DNA of 64,000 bases from Lama guanicoe (Eukaryota): positions 4,744,071 through 4,808,070 of the forward strand of contig MU053810.1 in the NCBI GenBank assembly GCA_013239625.1. Reading direction: 5' to 3'. Shown piece by piece: positions 1 through 13,360 of the stretch (positions are counted from its first letter, which is position 1; every line of letters begins with the position of its first letter). The notes beneath the pieces were generated by a model. The model worked only from the letters and a program-made list of their open reading frames with translations, was not told the DNA's origin and did not search any database. Both the position numbers and the translations under genes were made by a program.

Positions 1-1976
1 ATGGTCTTGTTGATCCTTAGGCTGCAGTCCTGGGAGCCTGATTTAAAAAAAAAAATCTCATTTAATACGTTTAAGTGGAAAGTCGCTGGTTTATAGATTT
101 GTCTATCATTTGACTTTTCAGTGTTTTGGTTTACGTATAAAAAAGTGGATCTAAAAATATTTAAGTGGACAAACTGTTTATTTGGTGATGAATATCATAT
201 TTATGCTAGATGATCACATGGACGCCCTTTCCAAAGAATTACTATTCTTTGCTTTTATGCATAAAATGCCTCAATTATACTTTATCTGAACGGTAGAATA
301 AATTCTCACCATCAACATGAAATAGAACCCCAAATCCACCAAAAAAAAAAAAAGTAGCATGTAGATTTTACCTGAAGATGCTGGCTTTAATCTTCTAAAC
401 CCAGAGATGAATCTGATTTCACACCCGGTATTTTTGAAGCAAGGGCATATTTGTTAAACATTTGGCTCATTCATCATGGTGTTGGGTTCTCCATATTTTC
501 CTTCGGGAAATGCGACAGAGAGTTTAGGTTGAAATGCTGTGTTGTAAATGTTGCCATGGTAAATGCAGTCTGGGCCTTTCCTGTTGGTTCATCTTGGATG
601 AACATGTTTCTAAATTAATTATAAACCCACTCCTGTGTTTTAAATACCTTCAGAACCACATGAAGTTTTGGTTCGTGGCTCAAGTAAGGTTTTCAGTTTC
701 TTCACATCGTCCCTTGTGGCTTTGTCCCCCGACCCCAGCCCCAGGGTGAGTTCCTGCAGTGATATCCCCGCATCCTTTCCTTCTGTGAATTCGTCCCTTC
801 CTGGGAACCTGGTCTCTTCTAATAACAAGGACTGCACACCCCCCGCCCCCACCCCCAAGCAAATTTCTAATGAGCTGCTCAAAGTTTGCAGCAACCCTGC
901 AAGCTTGGGCTAGTCATTGCTTCAAAGCGATTACCGGCGGATATTTGAAGGCGGGAGGTAAAACTAGTCCAAGGATCCTCCACTTCGTTGAAAATGAAAA
1001 CACCGCCCAGTAATCCCAGTGATTGTGATCAGCCCACAAAACGTGCAGCTGCACCTGCAGGGAAGGGACGTGTCCTCCTGCACGCGCTTCCCTGAGCTCC
1101 CCGCCCTGGCCTTGGCAGGAATCGCGGGGTAGCCGGGGTGGAAGCTGCCTTGGGTGGCCCTTCTGCTGATGAAAGCTGAATTTGGAGGGACAAGGACTTC
1201 GCAGACACTCATATGCTCTCAAATAGTTTTAAGGTAGGCTCTTAGCAAGATGTGGGACTTCCGTCCTTAGCTGCATTATGCCTGACTCCAGGATTCTGAA
1301 TGATGCCTTCGGAAAGAGAGGCAGACCAGGGGAAGAATCTATCCCCTGCATTTCCTTCTAAAATACCCTGCCCACCCAGTAATTTAACTTGTATGTAGAA
1401 CATTATTTTTAAAAAATCCACTGTGGAAGGGGGAAAAAAAGGCATTGTAAAGATACTAGCTTTGATCTCTGTGGTACTTTTTTTTTTCCTTCTGGACGGC
1501 AAATACATTTTCTTTCACTTGCTAAAGGTGTTTGAAGGGGGAAAAAGCATTTTTCATTTGTGTGCTTTCATGAGATAAGCAGAAAACCAGGTGTCTGGGC
1601 AAAGTAAACAATTAAATATTTAAATATTAACCAAATCTCTTTGAACGTGTTGTAAATATGGGCGCTTTATTGTTTCTTAAAGTGTTAGCTTTCCTTGCTC
1701 AGAATCTTGAAAGAAAATTTATGCTACCCGATGTTTATGGGTGGAGAGCTGCAGAGAAAGAATAATACTTTCTTGAGGAATGAAAAGAAAAGAAAAGCTG
1801 AAGTCATTTTTCTCCTTTGCCTTTTTTATGGTAAAGGAACTTAATGTCTGGATGATGGCGGACAACAGCTGAATCGTCTGTGAAAATCTTTTACCTGATT
1901 CTTAGGGGCAGACAAAGGAAATGGCCAAATTAAGGCTCCTTTCATCTGCCATAGTTACTGATGTTTTTAATTCCAG

Positions 1977-2070
1977 GAACATTCAGGACAGATCCCTTCT
2001 CAAAGTGTACAATAAGGACCCCGCCCACGCATTCAACCACACGCCGAAAACTGTGAACGGAGACATGAGG
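1977..2070 (+). CDS. KIAA1217: KIAA1217/SKT internal coding exon (about human exon 5), (R)NIQDRSLLKVYNKDPAHAFNHTPKTVNGDMR, end of the AIP3-like region
   Basis: Acceptor ttttaattccag|G, donor ATGAGG|gtaagt; 94 nt, phase 2 to 0; peptide recognised as KIAA1217; in frame with the exon at 32467. Confidence 0.93.
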
Positions 2071-3058
2071 GTAAGTCTTCTCAGTTCTATTTTCACTTTT
2101 ATTCGGTGAATTGAACCATCCCTTCCTTTGTCGTGTGCTCCAGGTATAATCACACCCCAATACCAGGTTTTGGGGGCTCTTCCTCTTGTCTGATGACTCA
2201 TTATTTATTCCTTAGTAGAGAAATCAGATTTCCTGGTCATTTGGAGCAAACGGATTGAAACAGGGCCTGACACATCCTAATTCATCTCTAAGCATGGAGT
2301 TTAGGTATGTCCTCACTCCACGGGGGGGTCCTGATAATCTGTACATGAAAGGATCCCAGGTCCACAATACATTAACTTGCTCAGAGGATCTCTTGCTATT
2401 TTTCTTCTGGTTAAAACAAAATTAACACAAAATTGACAACAAAACCCATGCACAACTGCATGTAGAATCTGTTAATATTCTTATATCCGCTATTTCAAGT
2501 CCTAGCGTTCTAATTAAATTATTCACCCTCTAATTCAGGACCGTTTGCTGTTGTGCTGCGTTAAATATTATCAATATCTCAACCTGGATCATGTTGAGGG
2601 CATAGTACAAAAATCTGCATGCTTTGGGAGCTAAAAATCTCTACATTTAGATCACCATAGAAGATTATCCAAACATTCAAAACACACAGGAACGTTTTGA
2701 AGTCTAAAGAACAGAGAAACTGAAAAGACAGATTGTAAAATCACACTAATGCAGGTCCACTAGGTGGGACTGAGTTACTGACAATAGTGCTACCTTCTGC
2801 GGTAAAAATGAGGGGGAAAAATGATTAACTTCCCCCGATGGCACCTTTCCCCCTACCCCACCCCATCACCCCACACAAATGTAGAGGGTGCCTCCCACAT
2901 TTTATATCATCCTTTTTAAGGGTTAGCACTGGATGCTGGACTTTAACTAGAAAAAAAGTAAATGAGTAGGTTTTATTGCCAAAGAAACGCCGGCACCGTC
3001 TGTCCTGGAGTTGCAACAGGATTCTTGAAATAAGACTCTCTCTGCTTCCTGGCAGTAG

Positions 3059-3518
3059 GTATTAGGTTTCTACTGCTGCTGTAACAAACTGTTACATTTA
3101 GTGGCTTAAAGGGACACAGATTTACTATCTAACAGTTCTAGATGTCAGAAGTCTGATCTAACTTCAGTGGACTAAAGTCAAGGGGTCACTGGCATTCCTT
3201 TCTGGAAGCTCTAGTGTGAGTATGCTTCCTTTTTTTTTTTCTTTTTCCAGCTTCTAAAGGCTACCCACATTCCTCAGCTTCCATCCCTCTTCCTCCATCT
3301 TTAAACCCAGCAAAATGGTATCTCTCTGACCCTGCTTCTGTCATCGCATCTCCAGCTCTACTCCTCCCACTGTTAAGGACACAGGATTACACTGGGCCCG
3401 ATACTTCAGAATAATCTCCTTATATTAGGGTCAGCTCAGTGGCCGCTTTAGTCTGCTTTCCTGTGTAGTCATAGGTTCTGGGGATGAGGACATGGGCATC
3501 TTTGTTCTGCCTACCACA
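3059..3518 (-). mobile_element. MaLR solo LTR (MLT1 family, MLT1D-like)
   Basis: Starts gtattaggtttctactgctgctgtaacaaa...agtggcttaaa and ends ttctgcctaccaca, the reverse complement of MLT1 termini. Confidence 0.75.
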
Positions 3519-5126
3519 CGGAGTCTGTGAATTTAGGACCAAGAGGCCAGGAGCTCTGATAGAAAGTTCCAGAAGGATTTCTGCGTCATTCTGGACTTGG
3601 AATATGGGTGCTGACATTGCGGGATCAGAGCCTACATCCTTTTGGAGGAAAAGGCCTCTTACATGCTCCACGGCTGCTTTTTTATGTCAGGAACGATGTG
3701 TGATTTCAAGTGAAGGCTGTGCTGCTACTTCAGAAAAGCGAGCGGTTTGAGGTTTATTTTTAGGCGGTGACACTTTAAATGTAAACCAGCACCACATGAA
3801 GACAGATGGAGTCACGCTAATCGCGAAGCATGCACTGACTGTGATGGGACTCATGGCTTTTCATGACTTCATTTCTCTCTTTCTCAGTGACATTCTTAAG
3901 CGTCTTTGCTCCCTCAAGATATCTTCATTTTTCGATATGTCTAGCCTTCAAACTGGAGTTTCATGTTCAAAGTTCTGTTTTCGTTACGCAGAGCCCACCC
4001 GGGGGCCCCGAATTGCCTCTGAAAATCTTGTTTATGGCTGGGGAGGACACCTGTTTTTAACTCTTAAGCAGATGTGGTACCTCTGTAAGGGCCAGCGGTG
4101 AGCACGGAGAAACTCAAATAGACACCATATGGGCAGAGCCTACTAGGGTTCAGAACTTTTGCCATGGATTTCAGTAAAGTTGCTCTGTTTTTATTTTAGA
4201 CAAGACCCTCATGGTCACGTTCAGAGTTGCCCACAGCCTACCTTAGACAGCAGTGTTCTGGCAGATAACATCAAACTGTTACCCCCAGAGGAGGAGAAAC
4301 AAAAGTTCACCATCCAACCTACCGAAAAACCTTTATGTTTCAGGGAAGACAACTTAGAAATGAGAAAGAGAACGCAGTTGTAAAACCAAGTAGGTGTGAT
4401 CACACCTGCAGTTTGTGACTTGGCTCGTAGTCCCGGATTCCAGAAGCTAAAGGACGTGAAATTCCTTCACCCTCAGCTTTGGGCTCTGGGGGCTGGGATT
4501 CTCTCCCACCTTCTTGATGAAGGAAAGGAAGCTGTGTTGAGCCCTGTGTGGAACACCTGCACAACCCTTGTTGCTGATGGTACAGAACAGAAATGGAGAA
4601 CCAAGCCAGGGCCCACTGCTGTAGACTAAACCCAGCGGCGCAGTGGGTTGGGGGCGCTCCATCCTCCCGTATGTGTGCAGGGTGTGCGTGGCGGGAAGGA
4701 ATCTGAGGATAACTGCTCACCTGAGTCAGTTATGCAGCCATGGGCCTGATGTCATTCGTCCTCATCCACAAGCCTCCAGAGGGTGGACAGACCTCCCAGT
4801 TGTGCACGCATTACCAGTATATAGATGCATATCATGGAAAACCCTGGTAGGACCAAGCAGAGTCACAACACCAGCAACACCAGATCCTTGCAGTGTCCTC
4901 AGAGACTTTCCTTACACGATGAATTTCATATCTTGACTAGGAGAGAAAAAGAAAATGTTAAGACTCTGGATATAGAACAGTCAGTTCTCCAGAGCAGGGC
5001 TATCTGTGATGTCGTGGGGTCACTCAGGAAGTGTGGTAGCCTAAGCATTAACGCTGGGCTTGCATGGAATAGATGCTTGGTGGGAGAAGGCACGTGCCTA
5101 ACTTTTCATCGAGCATCTAGCTGAGC

Positions 5127-5750
5127 ATTTTTTTAATTAATTAATTTTTAAAGTGAACTACAGTTGACATACAATATTGTGTTAGTTTCAGGTGTACAGC
5201 AAAGGGATTGATTCAGTTTTATTTTTTCAGATTATATTTCATTATAGGTTATTGCAAGATATTGAATATACAGTAAATCCTCGTTGCTTATCTATTTTAG
5301 GTACAGTAGTTTGTATCTGTTAAGCCCATACTCCCAATTTGTCCCTCTCCCCTTCCCCTTTGGTAACCATAAGTTTGCTTTGTACATCTATGAGTCTGTT
5401 TCTGGTTTGCATATAGATTCATTATTATTATTTTTAGATTCCACATATAAGCAATACCATATAGTATTTGTCTTTCTCTGTCTGACTTCACTAAGTATGA
5501 TAATCTCTAGGTCCATCCATGTTGCTGCAGAAGTATTTCATTCTTTTTATGGCTGAGTAATATTCCACTGTGTGTGTGTGTGTGTGTGTGTGTGCGTGCG
5601 TGTGTGTGCGCGCGCGCGCACCACATCTTCTCAAGCCAGTCATCTGTTCATGGACTCTTGGGTTTCCATGTCTTTTTGGCTGTTGTAAATAGTGCTGCTA
5701 TAAACATTGGAGTACATGTATTTTCCATTTAGAGTTTTTGTTTCTTCTGG
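5127..5750 (-). mobile_element. 5'-truncated LINE-1 (3' UTR and ORF2 end) with an internal (TG)n(CG)n tract
   Basis: T-rich tail then acaatattgtgttagtttcaggtgtacagc...ttagattccacatataag...atggctgagtaatattcca; homologous to the copies at 22686 and 36055. Confidence 0.88.
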
Positions 5751-6949
5751 AGTTGAGACTGGGCTGGGCAGTGAGACTTGGGGTTCTCTGCTGGAACTGA
5801 GCTTCGCTTGATTCTTTACACATGGGTACAAATCACCCTGATCTAAATGAATCGCCTTGCTTTCGTTTTTGTCACATTAGATAGTAGCTTTGATAGTTCA
5901 GTTCCCAGGGGGACTGAGCTCACTACATGGAACGAGCCCTTTTGCCAAAATTATATATGTACTCACGGGTTTGTAATTCACACATGTGCACCTCGGAAGA
6001 TGAGCCATTCCATCCCCTGACTCTCAGAGGGTACCAGGGGCTGCCTGTTCCGCAAACTCAGTGGCTTTTCCACAGTTTGGGGGCTTTTCCACCTTCTTGT
6101 GTGCTTTGAGATGACTTCCCGAGATTCTCTGCTCCCATCGTTAAGTTCTCTCCTTCCTGTATGTGTTTAATTTTTACTTCCGTGTAGACAGCTTCCAGAT
6201 TTGCATTTAGAACATGTACCCCCAAATTTGCCTTGCATCTTAAATTACTTCCTGATACCCAAATCAGTCGCTGCCTCTCAGACCTCTTCTATTTGAGCTC
6301 TTCATTTGACACCGATGGGCAGTCTCCTTAGAAACCTTTGTTTCCATTACACTGCCATTTCAAAATCCCTTGCCTGACTGCAAACACCTCAGCCTCTTTC
6401 ATTCACTCAGTCTTCTAATTCCCTCCCGCCTTATAAATGGTCTCCATGACTTCAGGCAGGCTTCTCCTCTGTGTGATTGTTTTAATTTGCTCCTTTTGCT
6501 TAATCTGCACCTTTTCACTTGACATTATTGTCTCACTTCTGATTTAACCGTTACGTCAATGTAGATGACCCTTGAACCTCTATCCTAAGCTCTACCGCGT
6601 CCCTCAAGTTCAAGACCAGTGTTCCACTTCCAAGTGTTTGTCCCCACATGGATATGCTTCCAGTGTATCCTACTGAAGAAAAAAATCCTAGTATTTTTTT
6701 CCCCAAGCCTTTTCCTCCTTGTTTTTCTATCTTTGCCAATGATGGAGTGATGGTGACGGTACGTATAAGAGTACACGTGCCCATATGTTTTGAAGGGTGA
6801 AGAGAGAAGAGATTTAAAGAGTTATCACTGATTCTTCAGTTGCCTAACCCGTGTCTGTCAACACACCCCACCAGTCACCAGAGCCCGTCCATTTCACTCC
6901 ACAGGGCCTCTTACAGGTGGCCCTTCTGCTGTTGCCCGGACCCCTGTAC

Positions 6950-7175
6950 TGATAATAGCTAACTTTTTTGTGCACCGACTAAGCACCTTCATGGGTAATT
7001 TCATTTAAATCCTCAAGACATTTTCAGGCAGGTGTTGTTATGAGGCCTTGTGTTTATAGCTCAGAAAACAGTTGCTTATGTATGTTAAGAAATGCCCAAG
7101 GTCGGCAGCTGGAGAGGCGCAGAGCTGAGATCTGAATCCAGGCAGCTTGGCTGCAGGTCCCAGGCTCTTAGCAGC
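6950..7175. mobile_element. MIR SINE (degenerate)
   Basis: tcatttaaatcctcaagaca...atgcccaaggtc...gagctgagatctgaatccaggcag core-like sequence. Confidence 0.6.
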
Positions 7176-7489
7176 ATGGCTCTGATGCTGGAGTTAATAG
7201 TGGTCACCATTTTTCTATCAGTCAGTTATGGACCAGCCTTTAACCAGTCTCCCCAACTCTTTTCATTCCAATCTATCAACTCCCTTCCAAGACACCTCCT
7301 AAGCCCGACTTCATGCTGTACAAAGAAGAGCCCAGCTGATGGTCAGTATCATCTCCATCCCAGCACCGAAGCAGAGCCGCCTCACCATTCTCACTCAGTC
7401 TCTGAAATACACTGAAATGCACATGCTGCCAGCATGAAAAAAGGGTGGGAGGGGACCCTGTTAAATTTCTCAGGTCCCCTCTATCCCGT

Positions 7490-7885
7490 AACAGCCAAAG
7501 ACCATATGTGCACCATGTTTGGATCCTGATTGGAGCAAACCAACTGTAAACGACATCTTTGAAACTATTTGGGAAATCTGCACATGTGTTAGAAATCAGA
7601 TAATATTAAGGGATCACCAGCAATTCTGTTGGGTATAATAATGGCTTGGTGCTTATGTTTTTAAAGAATGAGACACACTCAAGTATTTATAGGCTAAAAT
7701 GGCACGACAGGTGAGATTTGTTTTAACATGCTTCCAGCAGAGCAAACCCCAAAAGGAGAACTAGGTGACACGAAAGTGGTAAAATGCTGAAAAATGTCAA
7801 AGCTGGATGATGGGAGTTCATTTTGTTATTTTCTTTACTTACTTTTATGGTGAACTATCTGTAATAGAAGGTTAAGAAAATAAAC
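7490..7885 (+). mobile_element. Old L1M (L1MC/ME-type) 3' end fragment
   Basis: ggatcctgattgg...actgtaaacgacatctttgaaactatttgggaaatctg...gataatattaagg...agctggatgatggg. Confidence 0.55.
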
Positions 7886-9284
7886 ACTTGGGTTTTAGAG
7901 GCCAGATGAAAGCCTGCCTACCCCACAAAGCTTTCCCTGTCAGATTGAATCTTTGCTTTTGGGGCGCATGTTGCACATCCCCCTGGTATTTGCATCATTT
8001 AGATGCGTGTTTATCTCATCCACAAGAATGTGAGTTCTCCAGCGGCACATGCAGCTCACGCTCATCTGTTATCCTTCCAAAAGCCAGTCGCATTGTCTCA
8101 CCCATGGCGAGTGTAAACGCTCGTTAAACTCAGGCGTCGTACTCTCATGACGGTGCTACAAATAGTGTATTGTTCATTTTTCTGTCATTAATGAGAACCC
8201 ACCGGAAAAATGTCTCCCTGTTCGCATCATCAGAAATAGTTGTGTTGCTCCTGGTTTATTTTTATCGTATGGACCCTTTGAATCTTGCAAGTGATCATTT
8301 TCCCTCTTTGTGTTGCTACTGTAAAGCTTAGAATTAAATTTGTGGCCCACCCACAGCCAGCGTCCAGGCATTTACAGCGTGTGTGTTGGTTGTGTGCTGG
8401 CTTCGTGCCTGCCTTCTCTTTTTAATTTTCCTACTTTCATCTTCTCTCTGTCATATGTTCCACTTTGACTTTTGGGGGGCAGAATTATAATTATTTATGT
8501 GAACTCTGTTAATTTCTTTGTGGAATCAGTCAGGATTTAAGTCGTATTCATTTATATCATTGTGTTTCTGGTTATAAGATAATAGATCTTTCTGTGTCCA
8601 CATAGAAGGCAGTGTGTTAAATAGTTATATGTTATTTAAATTAGTCAACAAGTCTGCAAAGTAGGGATAACAACTCAATTTTTACAGAGGATAAAATTGA
8701 GACCAGTGATGCCTTGCCCAGGCCCGAATAGCTGGTGCATGTCGCACATTGGATTTGAACCCAGTTCTTTCTGACTCTGTATTTAGCCCACAGCCTCCCT
8801 TCCTTGACATTTCAGGTTTTGTAAGTCTTGAAATGATCCTCCTAATGAGATTTTAGAACATATAAAAATCCTTTTTAAATATTTGTTACACTTCTTAATT
8901 CTATAGTGTGTCTCTTTCCTGGCCTTTTTTTATGTTTAACATGCTCCATTCTGTTCTCTTCTGGCTGGGCTAAAAAGATACCCCACCAAAAGCAAAACAA
9001 AACAAAAAAGAATAGACAAAAAGAAGTGTGTGCCATTTCGTCCATCTGTCCACAGTGGTCATGCCTTCAAGCTCAGAGCCCTCTTTCCACAGGGCAGTGC
9101 TCTGGTTAAGAAGAGGTTTGGGATTTGAGGGAGGATGAAGTAATCCTATAGAAATGAAAGACAAGAGAATCCCTTAGAAATAGAAATTTTGGAAAACACT
9201 TCTAGCTAATTTTCTTTCGTTCAAGGTCCTCCTTGACCCAACCGCCCTGGTGTTCTTTACACTCCCGTAATGGCAGTGGTGTTA

Positions 9285-9535
9285 ACAAGTAGCATTCATG
9301 GTGCGCTTGCTCTGTGCCAGGTACTGTGCTGAGCAATGTGCTTGTAACCTCTCTCATTTGTTCAAAACAACCCAATATGGGAAGAATTCTTATGATCCCC
9401 TGTCTCAGATTTGGAAGCTGAAGGTCAGAGAGGTTGGGGAACTTGCTCAAAGCCACACAGTTCATCAGAGGTGGAGCTCAATTCAGAGCCAGACAGGCCA
9501 GCTCCAGAAGTGGCCTTTTGATCACTCCAGTGGTC
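9285..9535. mobile_element. MIR SINE
   Basis: ctctgtgccaggtactgtgctgagc...gctgaaggtcagagaggttggggaacttgctcaaagccacacag. Confidence 0.75.
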
Positions 9536-9591
9536 ACTGCTCTGTCCTGCCCTACACTAACGTCTTCATCATCACTGTCCACATGCCACCA

Positions 9592-10262
9592 TTTTTTTTA
9601 TTATATAAGTTTTAGGTGTACAGCATCTGTATGCACTACAGAGTGATCACCACCACGCGTCAAGTTTCCATCCATTACCATCCAGTTGACCCTCTTCACC
9701 CATATCGCCCTCCCTCCAACCTCCTTTCCCTCTGATAACTACCAACCTGTTCTCTACATCTGTGAGTTTGTTTTTATTTTGTTTGCTTATTGATTTTGGT
9801 GTTTTTGTTTCTTTAGATTCCACACACGTGTGAAATCATATGGTATTTGTCTTTCTCTGTCTGGCTTACTTCACTTAACACAGTGCCCTCCAGGTCCATC
9901 CCTGTTGTTGCAAATGGCAAGCTTTTGTTCTTTTTCATGGCTGAGTAGTATTCCATTGTGTGTATGTATATGTATGCCTGTGTATGTTTCACATCTTTTT
10001 GTCTATTCATCCACAGATGGACCCTTAGGTTGTTTCCATATCTTGGCAATTGTAAATAATGCTGCAGTGAACATGGGGGTACAGTTATCTTTTCAAATGA
10101 GTGTTCTTGTGTTCTTTGAATAAATACCCGTAAGTAGAATAGCTGGGTCATATGATAGTTCTATTCTTCTTTTCTTTTTCTTTTCTTTTTCTTTTTTGAG
10201 GAGTCTCCATACTGTTTTCCATAGTGGCTACACCAATTTACAGTCCCACCCACAGTGTGGGA
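9592..10262 (-). mobile_element. 5'-truncated LINE-1 (3' UTR and ORF2 C-terminus)
   Basis: Minus-strand translation HTMEYYSAMKKNKSLPFATTGMDLEGTVLSEVSQTEKDKYHMISHVCGI is the L1 ORF2 C-terminus; T tract at the left end. Confidence 0.92.
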
Positions 10263-10975
10263 GTACCCTCTCCCCCACATTTTGTGCTGCCCATGTTGGA
10301 AGACCCAACTCAAAAGCCACTATCTTCATCCAGCCTTCCCTACTCCTCTCTTCTCCAAGCCTCACTCACCACTGTCCCTTCTCTGATTCAGTAGACCCTG
10401 ACCTGTCTCTCCCACACCCCATCTTTTAGGACACTTACCTTTCCCTGCCTGTCTGTACTTACTGATGTATTATCTCTTAAGTTCTTCTCTAAACTCCAAG
10501 CTTCTTGGGGGGCAAAGCCCCTACTCCATTCATCTTCACACTCTCTGTGTTTTCCTAGGACAAGGTCCTGCTTAGACGAAATTCTCATTAAATCTCTGGA
10601 CAGTAAAGGGTCTCACGTCAGCACTTGTCCTATCATGAAACGTTCAGCTAATGCCTTCTCTGCTCAGACCGGTACAATGATTTGCACATGTAAACATTTG
10701 AGGTTTACAGAACACTTCCTTGTTTATCCCAGGAGTAGTTCCTGACCAAAATGAGAAATAAGAATGTCTATTCTAACAAAATGATCCATCCTATAAATAC
10801 AATTTTACCTCAGTTAATTACCCCATAATTTAAGATGAGAATAACAGATTTGTCAGGTTAAACTAAGTGATTGTCAGAAATGCACACATACCTGCATTTT
10901 ATTTTCAAGACTTAGATTCACCCATGGTCTAAAGAAAGCAAATCTCTGGATAATAAATTAAATAAGGCAGATCTT

Positions 10976-11107
10976 AGGAAGAGAGTATAGCTCAGTGGTA
11001 GAGTACAAGCCTAGCATGCACAAGGTCCTGTCAATCCCTAGAACCATCAAAACAAAAACAAAAACGAAAACAAATAAACCTAATTACCCCCAAAAGAAAA
11101 AAAATTT
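10976..11107 (+). mobile_element. tRNA-Ala-derived SINE (Vic-1-like)
   Basis: A box tagctcagtgg, damaged B box, tail aataaacctaattacccc; TSD taaataaggcagatctt (10959-10975) / taaataagacagatctt (11108-11124). Confidence 0.85.
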
Positions 11108-13184
11108 TAAATAAGACAGATCTTGGTTTACTGTATTTATAACTCAGCAGGACAGATCTTGCTTTGAAATTGAATTGGTGATCAGTATTTCAAATACCTC
11201 CAAACTCAGATGCAGGAGTGATGATTTTGGAAGCTGCCTCTGTTGTTGAGAAGCTTCACTTCCTCAGTCACCCAGCCCTCATGCATTGAGTCCCTGAGTC
11301 CCTCCTGCGGTTCATGCTTGTTGTACAAGATTCCAAAGATATAACAGTGACCAAGTAATGGTATCTGCTGTCACAGATCTCCGTAGATCAGAAAGTCAGT
11401 CATCAATATGGCACAGACATCTGTAATTTTCACATCTGTCGCAGGCTCTGTGACATCTTGCCTTCATTCTATTATTTGCTTGAGTTAACACAGTGGAACT
11501 GGCTTAGGAGGGATGTACCTAATTATGTCCCTTTTATGACGTGTCTTTCTGACAGGCGAAAAGATGTGTGTGTTGCAGTTCATAAGGAATTACTCTTATT
11601 GAAATGATTAGCTAGGCAAACACATTTTAATTCAGTGGCTATCTGGAACAAGGTAGGTATTTTCTTCCCTCCTCGCTGCTTCCAGCTCTACTTTATTTTT
11701 TAAGAAGCAAGAAAGAATAATATGTGCATATCTGATATGTGGCTTCCAAGTGATACAAATCTCATCTTTCCTGCTGTGTGTGGCTTCTGGCTTTTCCTTG
11801 TGCTTTTTTTTTTTTTTTTTTTTTTTAAAGGTTATGACAACATGAACCATATTGTATTTATAAACATCACGTGTTCCCTTGATATGGCTTGCAGTTTCTG
11901 CCAGACGGAACACATGGAAGAAACATTTCTCGTTAACTCAGCATTGGTTTTTAGTTATGCTGATTTCCGGGACAGCAAAAATGCCTTCCTACTCAGATTT
12001 AACTTTCATAGAGTAGAAACAAAACCTCTGAATGTCCGTGAAATAGTTTTAACAAGGGTGGATACTGCTCCTTTAAACCACATGTTTTGACTAAAAGCTT
12101 CCTTCTGTAAAGAAAAAGAAAGAAGAAAAAAAAAAAACCCAAGCCTTGCATTTAGTTACCATCAAGACAGGCAGAGCTGGAAGCATTCAAGAGATGGGTG
12201 GTTTCAAGGTCCCTGCGAGTCTAGAAAGTTTCTTCTAGAAGAGACTGGTTCATGGGAGATGTAAGGTAAGACCTGCGCTTTTATTGACAAAATAGGATTT
12301 TCAGAATTTTTTTCTGTCCTGCTACAGCACATTTATATCCAACTGAGTCAACTTTTCTGTATTCCAGTTCAATTCAGTGTGGAATTTAAATTCTAGGTTT
12401 TTATTTTAACTTCTTGCACACGGCTTAGAAGGGAACTTCTTTGTTATTGGTGTTAGTCTGTTTTTTTTAAATCCACTTAAATTACCTTGGGCTGTCTCCA
12501 CTCTATAAATCTGTGAACTAGTTTCCGTTTAACCTTATAATTTAGAAAAGGATTTCAAGTGTCAACATTGTTTGCTGGTTCAGATCTCGTTGATTTATGC
12601 ACTTTGAGACAATTTTCAGTGTTTTCACAAAGATGTTGACTTGCATTCAGTTTCTGAGACAAATGAAAATTTGAAGGCGTGGTACATTTTTGGTGGAGCA
12701 GGGGGAGAATTTGTATATGTCTTTCAACATTCAAGAGAAAAATTACTTGTTTTTTCCTTGTGAAAATCACTTTAACTTTTAAAGTATAAAGTGCTCTTTT
12801 ATCTTGATTTTTAAAAATTGCTTAAGAAATATCAATTTAAGCCTTATGTATGACATTAAAAGTGTCTCCTTTTTTTAATAACAGATATAAGCCTGTTATA
12901 TCAGGTTTAATGATTGCCTGGGGGAAAAAATCTTTGGCAGAAATTATATTTACTTAACTGTTCTGTCTTACTCTTGGAACAGTTGTCACAATGTTTTGCA
13001 TTTATTTCTTTTTTAAGAAATTTAATAAGAGCACTGTCCCTTTAAATCAATCTGTTTCCTTTTGAAAGTCCATGTGGGCATAGATTTGCTTATTCATATC
13101 CCTGTGGATATCTTTCTCCCAATTTTTAGATGAGTTAATATGGATAAGAAGTTGTTACCCAGTGTGGTTTAAATGATATATATT

Positions 13185-13360
13185 CTTTCATTTAGTCATC
13201 ATTTTAACCCTGTGGCATAGGTACTATCATGCCCATTTTAAGATTGGAAAACTGAGGCTGAGAGAGATTAAGTGTCAAGCTCACACACTAGAAGGCTGCA
13301 GATCTGGGATTCAACCCCAGCCTGACTGTCTCTCTAGTCCTTGTTTTAAAATCCTACTCT
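13185..13360. mobile_element. MIR SINE
   Basis: cccattttaagattggaaaactgaggctgagagagattaagtg...ctgggattcaaccccag. Confidence 0.75.

Noticed and set aside
1921..2109. 62-aa ORF as a standalone gene
   Set aside because: Only 1977-2070 is exonic; the rest is intron read-through.
9813..10151. ORF with L1 ORF2 C-terminal similarity (similar remnants at 22682 and 63719)
   Set aside because: Truncated, frameshifted LINE-1 relics, not active genes.
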